Origin: Nocardiopsaceae bacterium
GTDB taxonomy: Bacteria > Actinomycetota > Actinomycetes > Streptosporangiales > Streptosporangiaceae
Assembly (NCBI GenBank): GCA_017354375.1
Contig: JAFMRC010000002.1
Span: 1 to 58,917, forward strand
Length of the DNA stretch: 58,917 bases
Direction: 5' to 3'
Each line of letters opens with the position of its first letter. The stretch's first letter is position 1. A program made the translations under genes and the position numbers. The notes beneath the pieces are model-generated. The model did not search any database. It was not told the DNA's origin and saw nothing but the letters and a program-made list of their open reading frames with translations. Of this stretch, positions 37,815 through 47,002 are shown piece by piece.

Positions 37815-39170
37815 ATGGCCCGGACCATGGGGGGCGCGCCCGAGCCCTCGGACTGGTGGCCAGCGTCCCACGAACGGGTCCTGGAACGGGCCCGGGACGC
37901 CGACTGGCCGTCGGATCCCGGAGGAATCGAGGAGACGACCTGCACGATCATCGGACAGCAGGTCATCGAGAACACCGCTGAGCATCAGACCGGCCACCAC
38001 TTCAGGCCGTGGCTCACCTCTCTGGTCTCCCGCGTCGGTGAGGCTGTGCGGGACGGCGCCGTATCCGCCAGGGGCGAGGACTGGCGGTCCTTGTGGTCGC
38101 TGCTGCGCGGGCTTGTCCTCATCGCTCCCCTGGTCACGGCGAGCGACGAGTTCAAGGAGGTCTTCCCCGACATCCGGTTCGCGTACGAGACGGCAATGGC
38201 CGAGGCGGAGAAGACGGCCGCGGAACTCGCGCAGGCCGGACTGCTCGCGGACGAATGGCCGGTGCCGGAGGCCCGGCCCGCCGGAACCCCGCTGGTCGCC
38301 CGGGATGCGTACGGGAGCCGGTTCCTGATCGCGGCGCCCTTCGCGTACTCCGGTCCGCCCTCCGGGGAAACGGCTGACGGGGAAACGGCTGGCGGGGACG
38401 CGATCGCCGACCACTGGTACGCCTGGGACGTGGACATGTGCTGGATCGACATGGTCGTGGCGGCCGGGGTTTTCCGTTCCGAGGCGGAGGCGCTGTCGGA
38501 ATGGCGGTCGGCCGTGGGGGCTATAGCCGCTTCGTCGCAGCGGTCCGCCTGCGAGCCACCTGTCGCGAAGTGGCTGCTGGGTTCCTATCTGAAGGGCAGT
38601 GTCTTCGGGGACATGCAGCAGGGCAATGAGCCCGAGGAACTGCTGCGGGAGGTATTCCGGAGCCGCCGCCGCGCCGAGATCCTGGCCGGCGCGGGACTCG
38701 CCGGCGATCCCGATGCCGATCAGGATCCCGGTTCCGGTCCTGGGAGAGACCGGTTCCTGAAGCAGAATCCGAGCTGGGCTCGCAAGATCCGTAACGAGTT
38801 CCGGAAGTGGCACGCCGGGCGCTACGGCAGGCGCGTCGCCGAGGTCTCCCAGACCGCGGAGACCATCATCGACAAGTGGGGTCCGCATGACCCGTTCGAT
38901 GAGCGCTCGTTCTTCGCCTGCTCCCCGCACCGGATCGAGAAGGCCGCCGTCCTGATCGGCGACGGATTCTTCGACGATTACGCTGCCCGCGCGTTCCGGG
39001 TCCTGCCGGACTGGGTGCGGTGGTGCGCGGAGCGGAGCGAGATCAGCGGCGAGGCGGCGGAGCGATCGTTCGCCGTCGCGCGGGCTGTGTCGGATCTGGC
39101 CGCGGAGAAGGGACCGTACGCCGTCGTGGGGCGGTACGAGGACGACGAGCCGTTCCGCCGGGCGGAGTGA
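37815..39170 (+). CDS. Hypothetical protein
   Basis: 451-aa ORF with good codon bias; no motif I recognise; start uncertain. Confidence 0.65.
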   Translation: MARTMGGAPEPSDWWPASHERVLERARDADWPSDPGGIEETTCTIIGQQVIENTAEHQTGHHFRPWLTSLVSRVGEAVRDGAVSARGEDWRSLWSLLRGLVLIAPLVTASDEFKEVFPDIRFAYETAMAEAEKTAAELAQAGLLADEWPVPEARPAGTPLVARDAYGSRFLIAAPFAYSGPPSGETADGETAGGDAIADHWYAWDVDMCWIDMVVAAGVFRSEAEALSEWRSAVGAIAASSQRSACEPPVAKWLLGSYLKGSVFGDMQQGNEPEELLREVFRSRRRAEILAGAGLAGDPDADQDPGSGPGRDRFLKQNPSWARKIRNEFRKWHAGRYGRRVAEVSQTAETIIDKWGPHDPFDERSFFACSPHRIEKAAVLIGDGFFDDYAARAFRVLPDWVRWCAERSEISGEAAERSFAVARAVSDLAAEKGPYAVVGRYEDDEPFRRAE

Positions 39171-39290
39171 GAAGAAAGTCGCCCTGGCCTTCTCGACGAG
39201 CTGCCGCGAGAACTCGCTACAAGGCAGGCATCCGCCGCAGCTCCAGATTTCGCCAGTCTCAGCTACGAGGGACCGATCGCCCTGTCCGCG

Positions 39291-42200
39291 TCAGCGAGGC
39301 AGGCGGGGCAGGTTCTTTCGAGGCCGTCCTCGTCTCGGTTTCGGCGGCCGCCACCCGTCAAGATCCGCGTCGGATAGTTCTAGGGCCTGCTGCTCTCGAG
39401 CCAGGAATCTACGCACGTCACTCCCCGGTTCTCCATCCCAAAGCGGTGGCTCAGGAGACGGGTGCCACAGCTCAAGCCAGAACAACAGCTCCCGTAGACC
39501 CGCAAGAAGAGGCCTCAGCCGTTCGGCATCTCCGCCCCCCGAGTTCTTACGAGTTTCGATGATGTCAGCGAGAACCCGCGCACGCTCCGCATGGCTCCAC
39601 CCGGCCCAGCCCAGCAACTGCTCCTCATCCGGCGAGGTGGAGGGGTAGGAGATGAACCGCTCGTTCGGGACGTCGAATTTTCCTCTCAACCGCCAGTATG
39701 CAGGTTTGAGGAAGTCCATGGATGAATACCTCGGCGGAGGCAAAATTTCGGCATGTCGGCTGTTCTTCGCCAATTCACGTTGCAGGTGCCACGTCTCAGT
39801 CCATGCATCATGCTTCGGCAGACCCGACTCTGAGTACCGCAACGCGGCCAGGTACGGTACATGCTCAGCCTGCGTAAGGTCGGCGACTACATCGACAGGT
39901 TCGGCCGCCTCTCCCGCATAACGCCTAGCCATCTCGATAAAGTCTTGTTCGCTGCTCAACTGCCGGGCAAGCTCTCGCGCCGTCAGCGGACGCGGGCGGC
40001 CCGAATCAGGATCGTACCAGAGGCGACGATCTTCACAGCGGTCAAGCAGCCAGTTGCGGATGGCTCCCTTCTCCTGAAGCTCCCACGATGGAGATGCCCA
40101 TCGCCGTTTGAACTCCGGTCGCTCGACCAGCCAGATATGAGGATCGTGCTCGATGACCCGGATCCGGTTCTCGACAATTTCCTTGTAGCTGGCGGGCCAG
40201 CGACTCGGTATCTCGGTGACCGGTTGAATGCCGTTCCGTTCGAACCACGTGGTATCAGCCTCTCCGCGGTCAATACGGCGGGCCAGGACAATCTCGAACG
40301 CGCGCTCTCCCGGTATCAGCTCTGGGACGGCATCCACCGGAGCTAGGAAATCATCCGCCTTATCGATCAGGCCATACCGCAGGTAGATCTCCCAGTCCAG
40401 CTCCTCCTGCCGCCCGACGAGGCTGGCCCGCGCTTTCTCCCAGCGAACACGGGCATCGTTTAGCTCCGCTGGACGCGCGGCCGAACCGCGTTTGAGAACG
40501 GTGCCAGGCGCCACCTCATCTAGGCTCTGGACAAGGCTGTCCAAGTGCTCAGCATGCAACGACCAGCGGTCCTCAGTCCAGCGATCGGGCGGAAGCGGGA
40601 AGTCGGCCAGCCTCGTACCGGTGAACTCGTAAAAGACGGTCCATGGTTCACCCGTCCCCGTCTGACCGACGCCGGGCTGGCCTTTGCTGTTGCTGTAGTG
40701 CTTGAGCCAGAAGCAAGCGAGCGAACTGTTGAGCAGGGCCGCGAGCTGGATAACATCGGCGCCCGATGCCGTGCGCGGAAGCCGTATGACCGGGGCGGAG
40801 TTCAATGGTGCGGCACGGTCTCGGAGGACGGCGAAGTGGTTGTGCGTGCTTACCCACGAGAACACGACGGACCAGGGATGGGCATCTGGTACTTCCGTGA
40901 TGTGATGCCAGCCATACCACAGGCGCCCATCTTCAAAGTATGAGTGGCCCGAATAATTACGTCGCTGTTCGAGCGTCGTCCGGTAAGGCCACAGACGGCG
41001 GAAGTGCCTGGGAAATCTATCGGACAACGAGCCCTTATCCGCAGGAGCGAACATGGCAGCTTCCGCCTCGGATGACACCTGCCAGTCGCGGACCTCCGAT
41101 CCCGTGATTGCTTTTACAAGCGGACCGGACTCTACTCCCATCCGATGGAACGACGCAGTCGACGCGGTGAAGATCTCATCCGCGCCAGTGCTCGCGAAGT
41201 ATCCGATCCTGGCCCCTCTACCTCCCAGCCTGTTTCCGCCAACCTCCATCGCACGGATCATCTCGGTCGTGCTCTTGTCATTGAAAGACCAGGGGAATTC
41301 CCTAAGCTCTTTGCGCTCGACGAGCACGCCCTGCGCCCAGTCATCGTGCCACTGGATATCAACTGCTCCCTTGAGTATCGACCTCCAAACAACGCCTCTC
41401 GCAGGATCTTCGGGAACCCGCGGTTCCCCATGCAGCCCTACGACAGCCTTGATGAAATCACCCTGCGGCCCACTGGACCTTCCGAGAAGGATAGCCGTAG
41501 GCATACCATGCCCCGGAATATACACACCGGATGTATCGATCACATCAGTAAGGTTCACTGTCGGGAAAAACTTCTCAACGATACTTCTCCCGAACTCCCG
41601 CTTCATGAAGCTGTTCGATACAAGCATCCCCACGTAGCCAGCTCCTACAGGCCCGGGACTCCGGATCCCAAGTTCAAAGAACCGCTCCATGAAAGGAATC
41701 GTGAGTGCATATAGCCCTACGCAATCCGGATACCTTTCGCGATACAGGGCGGACTCAGCTTTATCTTTGGGGGTTATGTAAGGCGGATTCCCGACAACGA
41801 CATGATAGCTTTGATGGAATGGGTCTTCCAGCAACGAATCACCTATCTTTACGTTGGGACGCAAGGAAGGAGACTCTCCAGAGAACCACGACGAGCCTAG
41901 GGCCTTGTCGGCTTCAATGCTGAGCCGAAACCTCGCAATAGCGGCAGCTATGGGATTCTTATCAATGCCATACACCGATCTCAGGGCCCTGCCGACTAGT
42001 TCTGGGGTCGAATGCCCTGTCATCCTGCCCCACTCAGCAAGTACCAGCTGGAACGCCGCAATAAGGAACGTGCCGGATCCGCATACGGGATCGATGATCC
42101 TAAGATCCTCCAGCCCGAACTCTTGAATCGCAGGCTGGAGCGTTCGCTTCAAGATGAAGTCCGTTACAAACCCCGGTGTTCCCAGAAGCGCGTACTTAGC

Positions 42201-42728
42201 CCGCTGTTTCTCCGACAGCCCCTGATAGATCTCGGCGAGGAATCCGGTATCGAGCTCCGGATCCGTGAAGTCATAAACCAGGCTGCCGTCCGCGGTCCTC
42301 GCCCACCAGAAACCAGCGAGGGACTGGGCGGCGTCAGCCGACAGGGCAAGCAGGTTCATGGGACCGCGGGCCGGATCCGCGGCCTCTGGCACGTACTGCG
42401 CGACGCGCAGTTCCCTGAGGCCTTCACGTATCCAGTCGGGTCCCGAGTCGCCCACATCGTCCAGGTAGAACCCGGGCAGCAGATCGTTATCCTCCGCGAT
42501 CCGGAGGAACAGTGTCTCCAGCAGCCATCCCGCCGCCGCCTGGGACACGCACTCGGCCCGCCATGACTCGTAGGTGGCGGATGTTCGCCTGGCCTGCCGT
42601 GCCGTGTCCCACTCCGCTCGCAGGGCATCCTCGGCCGACGACCGGGCCGCAGATGCGCTCAGGTCGGATTCCAGCGCCGCCATCTGCGTCCTCAAGACCG
42701 CGACCAGTGACTTCGGGTCGGTGATCAC
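39291..42728 (-). CDS. pglX: BREX type 2 (Pgl) adenine-specific DNA methyltransferase PglX
   Basis: IIDPVCGSGTFL, VVGNPPYITPKDK, NSFMKREFG, VIDTSGVYIPGHG, QEELDWEIY, RGKFDVPNERFISY, WAGW, RRGRPRK tail; visibly lower GC. Confidence 0.92.
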   Translation of the reverse strand: MITDPKSLVAVLRTQMAALESDLSASAARSSAEDALRAEWDTARQARRTSATYESWRAECVSQAAAGWLLETLFLRIAEDNDLLPGFYLDDVGDSGPDWIREGLRELRVAQYVPEAADPARGPMNLLALSADAAQSLAGFWWARTADGSLVYDFTDPELDTGFLAEIYQGLSEKQRAKYALLGTPGFVTDFILKRTLQPAIQEFGLEDLRIIDPVCGSGTFLIAAFQLVLAEWGRMTGHSTPELVGRALRSVYGIDKNPIAAAIARFRLSIEADKALGSSWFSGESPSLRPNVKIGDSLLEDPFHQSYHVVVGNPPYITPKDKAESALYRERYPDCVGLYALTIPFMERFFELGIRSPGPVGAGYVGMLVSNSFMKREFGRSIVEKFFPTVNLTDVIDTSGVYIPGHGMPTAILLGRSSGPQGDFIKAVVGLHGEPRVPEDPARGVVWRSILKGAVDIQWHDDWAQGVLVERKELREFPWSFNDKSTTEMIRAMEVGGNRLGGRGARIGYFASTGADEIFTASTASFHRMGVESGPLVKAITGSEVRDWQVSSEAEAAMFAPADKGSLSDRFPRHFRRLWPYRTTLEQRRNYSGHSYFEDGRLWYGWHHITEVPDAHPWSVVFSWVSTHNHFAVLRDRAAPLNSAPVIRLPRTASGADVIQLAALLNSSLACFWLKHYSNSKGQPGVGQTGTGEPWTVFYEFTGTRLADFPLPPDRWTEDRWSLHAEHLDSLVQSLDEVAPGTVLKRGSAARPAELNDARVRWEKARASLVGRQEELDWEIYLRYGLIDKADDFLAPVDAVPELIPGERAFEIVLARRIDRGEADTTWFERNGIQPVTEIPSRWPASYKEIVENRIRVIEHDPHIWLVERPEFKRRWASPSWELQEKGAIRNWLLDRCEDRRLWYDPDSGRPRPLTARELARQLSSEQDFIEMARRYAGEAAEPVDVVADLTQAEHVPYLAALRYSESGLPKHDAWTETWHLQRELAKNSRHAEILPPPRYSSMDFLKPAYWRLRGKFDVPNERFISYPSTSPDEEQLLGWAGWSHAERARVLADIIETRKNSGGGDAERLRPLLAGLRELLFWLELWHPSPEPPLWDGEPGSDVRRFLAREQQALELSDADLDGWRPPKPRRGRPRKNLPRLPR

Positions 42729-42795
42729 CTAGGCATTCTCTCCACTCAGACCGAATCGTGCTCGCCGGTCCGGCAAGCACACATAAAATGATCAT

Positions 42796-42938
42796 CACGT
42801 GCTAGCATACCTTTCGAGGAGCGATGGTCGCCAAGGCAGAGCGACGCAGTCCTGAACGGAAGTGCACTGGTTTCTCGTCAAGAACCGCGCGACCGGGACA
42901 GGGAACCATGGATCCAGAAAAACTGAGCACGTGCTAGC
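42796..42938 (+). promoter_or_regulatory. Direct repeat CACGTGCTAGC x2 in the divergent pglX / toxin-like gene promoter region
   Basis: Exact 11-mers at 42796-42806 and 42928-42938, followed by ATACCT and CATAACCT. Confidence 0.5.
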
Positions 42939-42969
42939 CATAACCTAGATTCTTGGAGGGAGCCAGACG

Positions 42970-43629
42970 ATGGTGGCACGCTATGGCCCCGGTGACACCT
43001 GGCCACGGCACCAGAAGCCGTACTGGAACCACGTCATGGCCGAAGCCCGGCTAGCTGGATGGACGCTGGAGTACCTCGACTCGCCACACACGTTCGGAAA
43101 GGTAGCGTGCCCCGATGGTGAGCACACGTTCATGGTGGACAAGACAGCCCGCGGTGGAGAATCAGCGTCAATCTTGGCCAGGAGGCTAGTCAGGAGGTGC
43201 GCTCACCGACCAGCCGCCAACGCGGCTACTCGGGCACGGCAAGAGGAGTGCACGCGACTCCTCGACGAAGCCGGGCAACTGATCGCTTCCGCGGGCACAG
43301 GCCTGGCTATGGCCGAGACGCACCAGGACGCCTGGGACGACCTCGAGCGTCTCGAGATCCAGTTGCGGACCGCAAGCGAGACCACGGCGAAAGTGCTGCG
43401 AACCGAACTACACGCAGCCTGGAACTTCGCCATAGCCTCGGACGAGGCCCCCACCACCAGTGAGATCGCGACCACGCTGGACGACGCGACCGAGGCGACG
43501 GCACGCGGTAAGTCAGAAGCCGCCAGCCTCAAGCTCATTGAACTCGTTTCGCGGGCACGCGGCTACCTCCGGCAAATCAACACGCTCAAGCGCCGCTTGG
43601 CGGCACTGCGCGAGCGCACCCGAAACTAG
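42970..43629 (+). CDS. HicA-like N-terminal domain plus a long helical extension (putative toxin)
   Basis: PRHQK...EARLAGW...HTFGKVACP...FMVDKT pattern; RBS GGAGG. Confidence 0.55.
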   Translation: MVARYGPGDTWPRHQKPYWNHVMAEARLAGWTLEYLDSPHTFGKVACPDGEHTFMVDKTARGGESASILARRLVRRCAHRPAANAATRARQEECTRLLDEAGQLIASAGTGLAMAETHQDAWDDLERLEIQLRTASETTAKVLRTELHAAWNFAIASDEAPTTSEIATTLDDATEATARGKSEAASLKLIELVSRARGYLRQINTLKRRLAALRERTRN

Positions 43630-43700
43630 CTGAGCAAACAGTGTTGGGACTTCCCAACGTTGGGGTATGCTAGTCATGCGCAGGGAGGAAGGAGGCACGA

Positions 43701-44267
43701 ATGACTATCGAGATCCCCATGCGGTTGCACGGGCTCGACCTTCGTCGTAACGACGCATATGAGAGCGTCCATCCCGACCTCAGCGAGCTGTTCTGGATGT
43801 CCAACGGCCCGATCAGCCTCGCCGTCCTCTTCAGCGACGAGCCGGCACCTTCCGCCGCGTCGGACGCGGTTAAGTGGGCTCGGCGTATCTCCCAGCTCAT
43901 GCCGGGCGTCAGCGTCGCCGAGGTTCACGACGAGCTCGTCAGCATCTCCGACATCGCGTCGCGGACCTCAGTAGCGGCCGAAGCAGTTCGTATGTGGTCG
44001 AACGGCAAACGCCGGGGCTCCGTCCGCCCCTTCCCGTCTCCCCGGCAGGTTGTCGGCGGCAGTTCCGGCGGCAAGACCATGAACCTGTACGCTTGGCGCG
44101 AGGTGTTGTCCTGGATCCGCGAGATCCTCGGCAGCGACCCAGAGGAAGGCATTGAATACCTATCAGACGCCCAGCTGGCCGACCTGAACGTGCAGCTCGC
44201 CAGCATCGGCCAGGAGACGGCCGACCAGATCGGCTCAACCGCCCCGGCGGCGCTGTGGTACGTCTAA
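43701..44267 (+). CDS. HicB-like plus HTH DNA-binding protein (putative antitoxin)
   Basis: DELVSISDIASRTSVAAEAVRMW..G.RR...FPSP...LYAWREVLSW; RBS AAGGAGG; IR GTTGGGA-CT-TCCCAAC at 43643-43658 upstream. Confidence 0.7.
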   Translation: MTIEIPMRLHGLDLRRNDAYESVHPDLSELFWMSNGPISLAVLFSDEPAPSAASDAVKWARRISQLMPGVSVAEVHDELVSISDIASRTSVAAEAVRMWSNGKRRGSVRPFPSPRQVVGGSSGGKTMNLYAWREVLSWIREILGSDPEEGIEYLSDAQLADLNVQLASIGQETADQIGSTAPAALWYV

Positions 44268-44490
44268 AGCCGATTGGTTACCACGACGCCAGCACCGGCG
44301 TCACTCGGCATCGTGCCAGGTAAACAGTTCCTCAGACTGCGGGCGCTGACGGGTCCTCCACAGTGAGCGACTTCGACCAGTAATGGTCGCATAAGGGCGT
44401 GGTTCAGGGTCCACGCCCGGCAGATCCGTACCGAGGTCGGCTACCTGCAATCAATGGGCCAGGCGTTTTCGCATGGTTCAGACTGTGAGC

Positions 44491-45039
44491 GTGGAGTTCT
44501 TCTGTTACCACCGAGACCGGCCCGGCTCTGTGACCTTGCGCGACGAACTGGCGGAAGAGCACTGGTCCTACATGGACCGGTACCAGGCGCGAATGATCGC
44601 CCGAGGCCCGACCCTGGCCGACGACGGCGACACGGCCACCGGCAGCGTGCACATCATCGACCTGCCCGATCCCTCCGCCGCTCGCGCGTTCGCGTTCGAC
44701 GAGCCCAATTACCGGGCCGGCGTGTACCGGGATGTGCTGCTCCGCCGGTGGCGCAACCTGCTGGGGCGGACCATGTGGGACTTCCCCGGCGGCCGGAACG
44801 GCGGTAATCGCTACCTCGTGCTCGGCCTCGGCGCCGGGCAGGCCACCGACCTCGCCGTACCGCCCGGCCAAGACCAGCTGATCGCGTACGGACCACTGCT
44901 ATCTGATAGCGGCACCACCTGGCTGGGTACGGCCGCGCTGATCGAGGCGCCGGACCCGGACGGGGCACGCGCCATCCTAACCCCGGATAGTTACGCCGGG
45001 ATCGAGGTACACAGCTGGCAGTTCGGCGGGCGAGCCTAG
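44491..45039 (+). CDS. YciI-family protein (duplicated domain)
   Basis: RDELAEEHWSYMD...ARGPTL...TGSVHI...EP..RAGVY; second repeat AYGPLLSD..GTA. Confidence 0.85.
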   Translation: MEFFCYHRDRPGSVTLRDELAEEHWSYMDRYQARMIARGPTLADDGDTATGSVHIIDLPDPSAARAFAFDEPNYRAGVYRDVLLRRWRNLLGRTMWDFPGGRNGGNRYLVLGLGAGQATDLAVPPGQDQLIAYGPLLSDSGTTWLGTAALIEAPDPDGARAILTPDSYAGIEVHSWQFGGRA

Positions 45040-45536
45040 ACGGAAGGTGGCTGGCCGGGGGCGAAGACGTCGGCGGTCCAGGCCTGGGGGCCGAGGAGGT
45101 CGAGTGCCTGGGCTATGCGGCGTTCTTCGTAGCTGAAGTGGGATTCGAGGATGGCGGTGAGGCCGTCGAGTTCTCGCACGAGCGAGCCTGGGGCGGAGGG
45201 GGCCTGGCCCGGGGCCAGGAGTTCGCGGATCCGGCGGAGGATTCCGGCGACCAGGTCGTGGTCTTCGATGAGGTTGTCGATCACCGGGGCGAGTTCGGGT
45301 GCGGCGGCGCGCAGGGCGGGCAGGAGCTGGCCGTCCTCACCGCTGTGGTGGGCGTGGATGGCGGCGCAAAAGCTGAGGCAGTGGCTGAGCAGGTCCTCCG
45401 GGAGAGCGGCGGTCGCGGCGGCAGGGCCGACGTCGCCGACGGCCTCCTGGCGCAGTGCGGCGAGCCGCTCCCGCAGGGCCTGGTGAACGTGAATCAGCTG
45501 GTCGCTGAGCGCAGCCACGCGATCGGGCGTAGCCAA
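45036..45536 (-). CDS. Hemerythrin-domain protein
   Basis: HVHQALR, HAHHSGED, LIEDH, ESHFSYEE. Confidence 0.85.
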   Translation of the reverse strand: MATPDRVAALSDQLIHVHQALRERLAALRQEAVGDVGPAAATAALPEDLLSHCLSFCAAIHAHHSGEDGQLLPALRAAAPELAPVIDNLIEDHDLVAGILRRIRELLAPGQAPSAPGSLVRELDGLTAILESHFSYEERRIAQALDLLGPQAWTADVFAPGQPPSV

Positions 45537-45844
45537 CGGGAATGATGACCTTCCGTTACGGCGCCTCCATGCCTGGCGCGGTCCGCCACCGGCACGCGGC
45601 GCTGCCTGCATGTAAGCCGTTCCGTGACGACCGTGTCAAATCGCCCGACCGCCGACCCCCGGCGGCCTCGCGGCCGGGTGAAAGTGCCGTCGCTACGGCC
45701 AGAACCGTAGCAACGCGCCGTCGATGCCGGGTCGGCAGGGACACGGGGTCAGTTTCGCCCGATTTGTCGGCAGAGGCGGCGTCATCGCCCACCGCGCTGG
45801 GATAGGCGGGCACCGCCCTCACGCGCTGGGGAGGAAGCTAGCGA

Positions 45845-45900
45845 CTGGGGAGGCGCGACTACCCGTTCGGGGATAAAGGGTTTTGTGCCTGTATGGGGTA
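45845..45900 (-). repeat. Repeat family B copy
   Basis: CTGGGGAGGCGCGACTACCCGTTCGGGGATAAAGGGTTTT...TATGGGGT. Confidence 0.75.
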
Positions 45901-45969
45901 AGGGGCGGTCTTGACCGGCCGCGCACGCGATCGTAGGGTCCGGGATTGCAGGCCTGGCTTATCGTCTGA

Positions 45970-45980
45970 TTGTCCGACAA
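45970..45980. promoter_or_regulatory. Palindrome TTGTCCGACAA, GntR/FadR-like operator candidate
   Basis: Upstream of an operon that ends in a GntR fragment. Confidence 0.45.
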
Positions 45981-46063
45981 ATCGCTGTAAGGCGGGCGGG
46001 AATTGGCGGTGGCGGAAGCCGCCGGTCTCTTCGGGCCGGGAAGCCGGAACTGGAGGGCACGGC

Positions 46064-47002
46064 ATGAGCGGCGAGATCGGTTTCATCGGCCTGGGCAACA
46101 TGGGCGGCCGGATGACGGCCCGGCTGATCGAGAAGGGGCACGCCGTCATCGGCTATGACCTGCGGCCGGGGCTGGCGGGCGAGCTGGGCGCCCGCCCGGC
46201 GTCATCGGTCGCGGAGGTGGCCGAGGCGGCCGGGATCGTGCTGCTGTCCCTGCCCGACAGCCACGTCGTCGAGGCGGTAGCCGGCGGAGCCGGCGGGCTG
46301 ATCGCGCACGCCCGCGAGGGCCAGGTCGTGGTGGACCTGTCGACCTCCGCGCCGGAATCGACGCGCGCGATCCACGGTGAGCTGGCCGCGCGGGGCGTCG
46401 CCTACCTGGACGCCGGGATCTCCGGCGGGGCGGCGGCGGCCGACAAGGGCGCGCTGACCCTGATGGTCGGCGGCGCCGAGGATGCCCTGGAGCGGGCGCG
46501 CCCGGTGCTCGAGGGCTTTTCCGCGCGGATCTTCTACTGCGGGGCCAGCGGATCCGGGCACACCGCCAAGCTCCTGAACAACTTCCTCAACGCGGTGTCG
46601 CTTTCGGCCACCGCGGAGGTCATGGTGGCGGGCAAGAAGGCGGGCCTGGACCTCGACACGCTGCTGGCGATCATCAACGCGAGCTCCGGGGTCAACTTCG
46701 CGTCCCTCAACCGCTTCCCGAAGATCGTCCACGGGGACTACCTCAGGGGCGGCCTGACCAACTCGCTGATGATGAAGGACGTCACGCTGTACGCGGACCT
46801 GGTGGCGAGCCTCGGGGTGAGCAGCGTGAACGCGAGCGGTCCGCTGGCGGCGTTCGGGCTGGCGATTGGGCTGGGCTATGCCGACGAGATCAGCAACACG
46901 GTGGTCGACGCGATCGGCGACGTTTCGGGAGGGGTCCGCCTGCACCCGGCGGACGACGATCTCCCGTCCCCCGGCGATGAGGGAGGTGAGCGGGATGCCT
47001 GA
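46064..47002 (+). CDS. NAD(P)-dependent beta-hydroxyacid dehydrogenase (HIBADH family)
   Basis: IGFIGLGNMG, LDAGISGG, LTLMVGG, GHTAKLLNN. Confidence 0.92.
   Translation: MSGEIGFIGLGNMGGRMTARLIEKGHAVIGYDLRPGLAGELGARPASSVAEVAEAAGIVLLSLPDSHVVEAVAGGAGGLIAHAREGQVVVDLSTSAPESTRAIHGELAARGVAYLDAGISGGAAAADKGALTLMVGGAEDALERARPVLEGFSARIFYCGASGSGHTAKLLNNFLNAVSLSATAEVMVAGKKAGLDLDTLLAIINASSGVNFASLNRFPKIVHGDYLRGGLTNSLMMKDVTLYADLVASLGVSSVNASGPLAAFGLAIGLGYADEISNTVVDAIGDVSGGVRLHPADDDLPSPGDEGGERDA

Noticed and set aside
39530-39545. G6 run in pglX as a phase-variation tract
   Set aside because: Too short to be meaningful in GC-rich DNA, and it is in frame.
45560-45640. TTGACA and a GC-rich leader upstream of the hemerythrin gene as an attenuator or riboswitch
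   Set aside because: No properly spaced -10, and no recognisable aptamer or short uORF.
45847-45884. Family B as Tn3-type 38-bp terminal repeats (begins with GGGG)
   Set aside because: No terminal TAAG, no transposase or resolvase in the window, no target duplication found, and most copies are unpaired; kept only as an open hypothesis.
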